In this document: positions 18,042 through 22,959 of the stretch, in pieces | Layout of the letters: every line of letters begins with the position of its first letter | How positions within the stretch are numbered: the stretch's first letter is position 1 | DNA from: a virus | Taxonomy: Duplodnaviria; Heunggongvirae; Uroviricota; Caudoviricetes | Reading direction: 5' to 3' (one strand) | Virus record (IMG/VR): IMGVR_UViG_2645728010_000003 | Length of the DNA: 22,959 nt | Notes under the pieces: generated by a model | Told to the model about the DNA's origin: nothing | What the model saw: only the letters and a program-made list of their open reading frames with translations | The model's database searches: none | Made by a program: the position numbers and the translations under genes

Positions 18042-18377
18042 ATGAACAATATTCCCCCTATACCACAGTTAGGAATTTATGTCTCAAAAATCGATCCCAC
18101 CCTACGTATCACTGTAACCGATGTTGATATTGTTGATGGTGAGGATGATTCTCCTGATGATGAATTGTTTTATTTAGTCCACTGGATCGAGGGGGAAGAT
18201 GAAAGTGATATGACAGCAATGGGATTTGAGCTAGACCCAGTAGAGTGGCAGGCTTTCGTTGAATCTGAGCAATTAGTGTTTGAGCGTGATCCGTACATGG
18301 ATTCAATCCCCGAAAATTCAAACTTGGCAAAGATTCGGGATTTTCTCATGAAGACTAAACAGAATGATCATTCGTAA
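18042..18377 (+). CDS. Strongly acidic small protein of unknown function
   Basis: 111 aa with 26 Asp/Glu against 7 Lys/Arg; AAGGAG RBS 6 nt upstream; only + strand gene in the A-to-Q interval. Confidence 0.6.
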   Translation: MNNIPPIPQLGIYVSKIDPTLRITVTDVDIVDGEDDSPDDELFYLVHWIEGEDESDMTAMGFELDPVEWQAFVESEQLVFERDPYMDSIPENSNLAKIRDFLMKTKQNDHS

Positions 18378-18569
18378 GTGTAAGCATCCATCAGGAAAAT
18401 GGTTTTGTAAGTGAATCATCAACTTTTAGAGAGTCTCAGACACTCCCACTTCTGCTTCTGACACAAAGCGGACGATCACTTATCAAAATAACCGCCCACC
18501 TTACGCCTTATTTCACTCATTGCCCAAACTAGCCCCCATCAGAATGAATCCTCCTGGGGGCAACATTTC

Positions 18570-18803
18570 TTAATGCAGCCAGCTGTCGTCCTCCCACACC
18601 TTCTGCATAATTTTCATCACTTGTTTTCTTTCTTCATCCAGTTGCAGTCCGGTTAGTTCCACACCGTTAGAGCTACCTTTGCGAATGCGAATTACCGTTT
18701 TGGGATACAGGGGGCGCAGATTGCGGTAAAGCTCGGATTCAAGGGCGTCCAGGGTAGACTGGCTAATCTTCTGCTCTTTATCGATCATTATTTCAATGCG
18801 CAT
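18570..18803 (-). CDS. DinI-family protein (Tum C-terminal-like)
   Basis: 77 aa from the internal Met with GAGGTGA RBS; MRIEIMIDKE ... LDALESEL ... QKVWEDDSW resembles DinI. Confidence 0.7.
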   Translation of the reverse strand: MRIEIMIDKEQKISQSTLDALESELYRNLRPLYPKTVIRIRKGSSNGVELTGLQLDEERKQVMKIMQKVWEDDSWLH

Positions 18804-18813
18804 AAAAGTCACC

Positions 18814-19002
18814 TCAGCTGATGACATCCATTGAGCGGTTGTATTCGTGGCTTCTGATTTTTGCCATGAGTTCATCAGTCAATTCAGAAACCCACTGCAG
18901 AGCCAGCCCCTTCTCTTCATCACTACACTCACTAGCCGCTACAAGCTTAAGAAAAAAATCAATGCGCTGGAGCTTCAAAGACTCCAAAAAATAGTCCTGC
19001 AT
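18814..19002 (-). CDS. Small ORF upstream of the DinI-like gene (possible Tum N-terminal part)
   Basis: 62 aa; strong AGGAGG RBS 4 nt upstream; downstream of the LexA box. Confidence 0.5.
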   Translation of the reverse strand: MQDYFLESLKLQRIDFFLKLVAASECSDEEKGLALQWVSELTDELMAKIRSHEYNRSMDVIS

Positions 19003-19042
19003 CTTTCCTCCTATGACACCAAAACAATACTGTATACATAAC

Positions 19043-19062
19043 CACTGTTTATATTTACAGTA
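19043..19062. promoter_or_regulatory. LexA (SOS) box, CTGT-N8-ACAG
   Basis: cACTGTttatatttACAGta overlapping an AT-rich -10-like region about 40 nt upstream of the 62-aa ORF. Confidence 0.6.
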
Positions 19063-19154
19063 TATAATAATCTTACTGATGTAAAACGTTTTTTTACGTT
19101 CATCGGCCTGATATGCCTGGTATTATTAAGAGCACGAATTGTCAACCCGCGTAA

Positions 19155-20606
19155 TTAATACAGGTTCCGCCACTTATCATCTTCCTTCAGACGCTGGTTC
19201 CGATAGAAGATACGCAGGCCTGCTCCTGACGGAATACTGCCGCCGCGAAGGAGCAAATCGACTTCTTTCTCGCTGCCATCAAATCCCCTGGACTTCAGTT
19301 CATAGACGAGCTGCTGTCGCTGATGGTCTGTAATTCGCTGTTTGTAGTCTTTACGCCGTTTCGGTTTCACCTGGCGTAACCTTGCAGCCAGTTCCCGGCG
19401 CTCTTTTTTGCTCATACTGTGCAGGTAATTGTGCAACTCCTTGTCATTCATACGGGTAATATCCGTTCTGGAGTCCCCATCAGCTGATTTGTCTTTCCCT
19501 TGTTGGTTCAAATTTTCAGCAAGGGGACAGTTATTGCCACGAGTCCAAGGGGCGCAAGCGCCCTGGTCGGCTGCCGCCTCCTGAACGTCAACGGCCTTAC
19601 GAACCATTTTCCACTTCACCGCATGAGTGCAGATCTTGCCCTCTGCAATGGGTGACCAGATGCCATAAATACGAATACCGTGATCGCCATATGCGGTCGG
19701 TTCTTCGTTGATTTCATAAGCAGTTCTGATGAGGTGATATTTGCGGGGAACCAGTACGCCGCCCTGCTTCATGATGTAGGTGGCAAAACAACCAGCATCA
19801 GCAGCAGCCAGGATTGCATCAAGACGCGGGTTATCCAGTACCGGCGCACCTGCTTTTTTGTCACCCTGTTGCCTTGCCGCCTGACCAGCCAGCAATCGCA
19901 GTTCACGGTAAGCCTGACGCCCCGGAATGCCAAAGAAGCGGAATTGCTGAACACGATGCAGAGACGCCCAGGCATTAACGTATTCAGCGTTATCACGCAG
20001 GGATTTACCCGTTTCCTTGCTGATCTCCCCAGCCAGACCACGCCCGTCAATGTTCTTACTGATGTATTTCGCGATATAGCTTGTTGGCGTACCTTTGCGC
20101 GGGTTTATCAGCTCAGACTTAAAGCGTGGTCCCGTGTTATTGCCCAGCTCCTCGCGGTCTTCACGGATGGCAAACTTACGCAGTAATGCAGTGATGGCGC
20201 GGCGGTCTTTTTTACGCATGAAACACATGAGATGCCAGTGCACAGTACCGTCATGATGCGGCTCAGCTACCGCACCTGCAGCAACACGCCCGATCTCTGC
20301 GGTTGCACTCATGACGTAATGTGGCAGTTTCTCTTTTGCCACCTCATTAATCGGTACGCATGGCAGGCAGTGAATCTGAGCCAGAAAACCATCTACCAGC
20401 GTTGAATCTTCAGTCAGATCGGTAAGCAGCCAGATTTCTGGTGCGGTTAATAAATGAGGTTGCGCTGGGTTCAACTTGTTCCGCAGAATCTGCACATTCA
20501 TGCCAGCACGTTCTGCCAGTTGCACCAGGTTGTGGCGCAATGCGAATGCACGACAGGCTTCATCAAAATGTGGATGTTTGGAAACTTGGTAATCAAACAT
20601 GGTCAA
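19155..20606 (-). CDS. A: Chimeric ORF: CII-like N-terminus fused to a rolling-circle initiator (gpA-like) C-terminal part; probably a deletion product
   Basis: First ~115 aa resemble phage regulatory protein CII ([18 protein letters not shown] ... [24 protein letters not shown]); the rest carries HUH-like HWH and YIAKYISK tyrosine motifs; 483 aa, well short of an intact gpA. Confidence 0.75.
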   Translation of the reverse strand: MTMFDYQVSKHPHFDEACRAFALRHNLVQLAERAGMNVQILRNKLNPAQPHLLTAPEIWLLTDLTEDSTLVDGFLAQIHCLPCVPINEVAKEKLPHYVMSATAEIGRVAAGAVAEPHHDGTVHWHLMCFMRKKDRRAITALLRKFAIREDREELGNNTGPRFKSELINPRKGTPTSYIAKYISKNIDGRGLAGEISKETGKSLRDNAEYVNAWASLHRVQQFRFFGIPGRQAYRELRLLAGQAARQQGDKKAGAPVLDNPRLDAILAAADAGCFATYIMKQGGVLVPRKYHLIRTAYEINEEPTAYGDHGIRIYGIWSPIAEGKICTHAVKWKMVRKAVDVQEAAADQGACAPWTRGNNCPLAENLNQQGKDKSADGDSRTDITRMNDKELHNYLHSMSKKERRELAARLRQVKPKRRKDYKQRITDHQRQQLVYELKSRGFDGSEKEVDLLLRGGSIPSGAGLRIFYRNQRLKEDDKWRNLY

Positions 20607-20632
20607 TGCCTCTGATGTATTTCAGAATCGAA

Positions 20633-20854
20633 CTAATTAAGGTTTAGATTGCATTCTGAAAGCGCATCAACGGTCATTGCTGCTATGTTGATCATCACTT
20701 TTTCGCGTTTTTTATCTTTGCGCAGTCGGTGACGGATAAGGCGTCCATCAGCCAACATGTCATTGATGGTATCGATGGATAGCCCTGTCAGCTCGCTATA
20801 GCGTTCAATAGTCACATGAGGGGTGGTAAGAGTGATTGAAATGTTAGGTCTCAT
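20633..20854 (-). CDS. Apl/Cox-like small DNA-binding protein, first gene of the early operon
   Basis: 73 aa, HTH-like segment ([19 protein letters not shown]), divergent from the repressor gene. Confidence 0.5.
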   Translation of the reverse strand: MRPNISITLTTPHVTIERYSELTGLSIDTINDMLADGRLIRHRLRKDKKREKVMINIAAMTVDALSECNLNLN

Positions 20855-20973
20855 GATGCAACATTCCTCGTTTAATGATGATTAATCAGGACGAATACGG
20901 ATCGTTTGTATTTTGTGAACACCATAAACATACGATCGCACAGTGAAATCGTCAAGATAAAAGTTCACTTGGA
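20855..20973. promoter_or_regulatory. Lysis/lysogeny switch intergenic region
   Basis: 119-bp AT-rich spacer between the divergent Apl-like and CI genes, with partial dyads around GATCG. Confidence 0.4.
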
Positions 20974-21549
20974 GTGACCATGAATTTGGAGAAAGGCGGA
21001 CGAGGCGCTATAGAGCGCATGGTAGAAGCTTATGGATTCAAGACTCGACAGGCGTTGTGCGATCATTTAGGAATCTCTAAAAGTACACTCGCCACACGCT
21101 ACATGCGTGACTCATTCCCAGCAGAATGGGTAATCCAGTGCGCCCTTGAAACAGGCACCTCGCTTAATTGGCTCACAACCGGGCATGGTTCAAAGCAAAC
21201 TTCAGGTAATACAAATACTATGGAAGTTGCTAAATATGTATTATCTGATGGGGCCTTGTGTGAAGACGGTTTTTATATTTTCGATAGAGAATTTCTACCG
21301 TCGGCATTCAAGAATCTTTTTGTAATCACAGATAATAATTCTGAATTTATTTGTGATAAGGAATTTGATGATATACGTGATGGTAAATGGGTAATAAGTA
21401 TTGATGGCGAAATAACGATCCGTGACATTACTCGTTTACCCGGTGGAAGAATCTTCGTCGAGGGTGGAAATAGAGCCTTCGAGTGCAAGATAGAAGATGT
21501 TGAAATAATTGGGAAAATTATAAGTTTAACAATTAAGTACGTTAGGTAA
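20974..21549 (+). CDS. cI: 186-type CI immunity repressor
   Basis: 191 aa; N-terminal HTH (LGISKSTLATRYMRD ... ALETGTSLNWLTTG) plus C-terminal domain; size and layout as in 186 CI. Confidence 0.7.
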   Translation: MTMNLEKGGRGAIERMVEAYGFKTRQALCDHLGISKSTLATRYMRDSFPAEWVIQCALETGTSLNWLTTGHGSKQTSGNTNTMEVAKYVLSDGALCEDGFYIFDREFLPSAFKNLFVITDNNSEFICDKEFDDIRDGKWVISIDGEITIRDITRLPGGRIFVEGGNRAFECKIEDVEIIGKIISLTIKYVR

Positions 21550-21564
21550 TACCGGGAGGAAACT

Positions 21565-21756
21565 ATGCTTGGTAAGGTATTTTTTGTGGTTTTATCATGC
21601 TCTTTGTTATTAAACCCACTAACTACCTATGCTAAAAATTATCCTTGTTCTGGGAAAAAGGGAGGTGTCTCTCACTGTACCTCCGATGGAAAGTTCGTTT
21701 GCAATGATGGAACTATTAGTAAATCAAAAAAAATCTGTACTAAAAACTCGCGATAA
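21565..21756 (+). CDS. Small secreted or lipid-anchored Cys-rich peptide
   Basis: 63 aa; N-terminal signal sequence; mature part has four Cys and many Lys; GGGAGG RBS; AT-rich. Confidence 0.5.
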   Translation: MLGKVFFVVLSCSLLLNPLTTYAKNYPCSGKKGGVSHCTSDGKFVCNDGTISKSKKICTKNSR

Positions 21757-21942
21757 ATTTTGCTTTTATATCTGCGCCTAATATAACAATGAGCCGCAGG
21801 CTAACCGCAAAAGTCACATACTCACATAGCAAAAAATAGCTAACTTCATTATGGCTTCAGTGAGATGTATGGTCGCAGGATTTCATACATTGACACTGGT
21901 TATACATACAGTAAAAATGCTCTCTACTGGAGGGCATTTTTT

Positions 21943-22959
21943 ATGGCAGTACGAAAACTCACCACAGGAAAATGGCTTTGCGAATGTTACCCCGCCGGAC
22001 GTAGTGGACGTCGTGTGCGTAAACAATTCGCCACCAAAGGCGAAGCTCTGGCTTTTGAGCGTCACACGATGGAAGAAACCGAAGCAAAGCCCTGGCTGGG
22101 CGAATCAGTGGATCGTCGGACATTGAAAGACGTGATTGAGCTATGGTTCAAACTACATGGTAAATCTCTGACAGCTGGGCAGCATGTCTATGACAAACTG
22201 CTGTTGATGGTTGACGCTCTGGGCAATCCCCTTGCAACTGATCTAACCTCTAAAATGTTTGCCCACTATCGAGATAAACGCCTGACAGGTGAGATCTACT
22301 TCAGCGAGAAATGGAAGAAAGGAGCAAGCCCGGTCACCATTAACCTGGAGCAAAGCTATCTAAGTAGTGTTTTTAGCGAACTATCCCGCCTGGGCGAATG
22401 GTCGTATCCGAACCCACTGGAGAACATGCGAAAATTCACCATCGCAGAAAAAGAGATGGCATGGCTTACCCATGAGCAGATTGTTGAACTGCTGGCTGAT
22501 TGCAAACGTCAGGACCCAATTCTGGCACTGGTAGTCAAGATATGCCTAAGCACAGGCGCACGCTGGCGAGAAGCAATAAATCTTACCCGCTCGCAAGTGA
22601 CCAAATACCGAATTACCTTTGTAAGAACGAAGGGGAAGAAAAACAGAAGCATCCCTATCAGTAAAGAGCTTTACGAAGAGATCATGGCGCTTGATGGGTT
22701 CAATTTCTTTACAGACTGCTATTTTCAATTTTTATCCGTGATGGAAAAAACGTCTATCGTGCTCCCTCGCGGTCAACTGACACACGTTCTGCGCCATACG
22801 TTTGCGGCGCACTTCATGATGTCGGGTGGAAATATCCTTGCTTTGCAAAAAATCCTCGGACATCACGATATAAAAATGACTATGCGCTATGCCCATTTAG
22901 CACCCGATCATCTTGAGACGGCTCTGAGATTCAACCCCCTCGCAACGCTAGAAGTGTGA
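21943..22959 (+). CDS. int: Tyrosine integrase (P2 Int-like)
   Basis: 338 aa from the internal Met (MAVRKLTTGKW...); conserved C-terminus with R ... HxLRHT ... Y (LSTGARWREA, HVLRHTFAAHF, MRYAHLAPDHL) similar to P2 Int; stop at 22957-22959. Confidence 0.9.
   Translation: MAVRKLTTGKWLCECYPAGRSGRRVRKQFATKGEALAFERHTMEETEAKPWLGESVDRRTLKDVIELWFKLHGKSLTAGQHVYDKLLLMVDALGNPLATDLTSKMFAHYRDKRLTGEIYFSEKWKKGASPVTINLEQSYLSSVFSELSRLGEWSYPNPLENMRKFTIAEKEMAWLTHEQIVELLADCKRQDPILALVVKICLSTGARWREAINLTRSQVTKYRITFVRTKGKKNRSIPISKELYEEIMALDGFNFFTDCYFQFLSVMEKTSIVLPRGQLTHVLRHTFAAHFMMSGGNILALQKILGHHDIKMTMRYAHLAPDHLETALRFNPLATLEV

Larger units (their letters stand above)
2621..22959. mobile_element. Defective P2/186-like prophage carrying a retron; left boundary lies somewhere in 2621-2855, right att is outside the window
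   Basis: Collinear P2-type gene order (ogr ... H I J W V S R lysC lysB O P Q ... A ... cI int) with int at one end and ogr at the other; many essential genes absent. Confidence 0.85.

Noticed and set aside
18570-18875. 101-aa long form of the DinI-like ORF
   Set aside because: The DinI-like domain begins at the internal Met, which has a GAGGTGA RBS; the upstream 24 codons are not DinI-like (but see the frameshift finding).
19680-20186. 168-aa + strand ORF and 93-aa minus-strand ORF inside the cII'-'A gene
   Set aside because: Antisense or alternative-frame ORFs within a gene that carries recognisable HUH and tyrosine motifs.
21851-22126. ORF 21851-22126 and the long integrase form starting at 21865
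   Set aside because: The integrase N-terminus matches P2 Int from the Met at 21943, which has an upstream GGAGGG; the extensions are unsupported.
1-22959. CRISPR array, tRNA/rRNA genes, IS elements
   Set aside because: No regularly spaced direct repeats, no cloverleaf-like conserved tRNA features and no transposase ORF with terminal inverted repeats were found by eye; a tRNA scan would be needed to exclude a tRNA fully.

Overview
Working from the sequence and the ORF track only (no searches run), this window is a chromosomal edge (grxA, ybjM, ybjL; 1-2620) followed by a heavily deleted P2/186-like prophage that runs to the end of the window and carries a retron. Prophage order on the + strand: ogr, a gpD C-terminal remnant fused to a truncated Pin-type invertase, an invertible tail-fibre cassette (H/tfa with a silent alternative Sv'/tfa'), baseplate genes I-J-W-V, an AT-rich membrane-protein moron between V and S, S, R, spanins LysC/LysB, a truncated scaffold gene O, terminase P, portal Q, the retron (effector, msr-msd ncRNA, RT; minus strand), a cos-like remnant, an acidic small ORF, a LexA-boxed Tum/DinI-like operon, a chimeric cII'-'A ORF, an Apl/Cox-like gene, a 186-type CI repressor, a small secreted Cys-rich ORF and a P2-type integrase. 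The retron RT, its ncRNA with 12-bp a1/a2 inverted repeats and the upstream effector match what I remember of retron-Ec86 (Eco1), so the clearest defence system here is a described one, not a new one. Candidates for undescribed functions are the V/S moron (9538-10344), the strongly acidic 111-aa protein (18042-18377) and the small secreted peptide (21565-21756); all three are hypotheses from sequence features, not homology calls. Coordinates of CDSs follow the ORF track (which reports GTG/TTG starts as M); non-ORF features were anchored to adjacent start/stop codons and may be off by 1-3 nt. No tRNA, rRNA, CRISPR array or IS element was seen.
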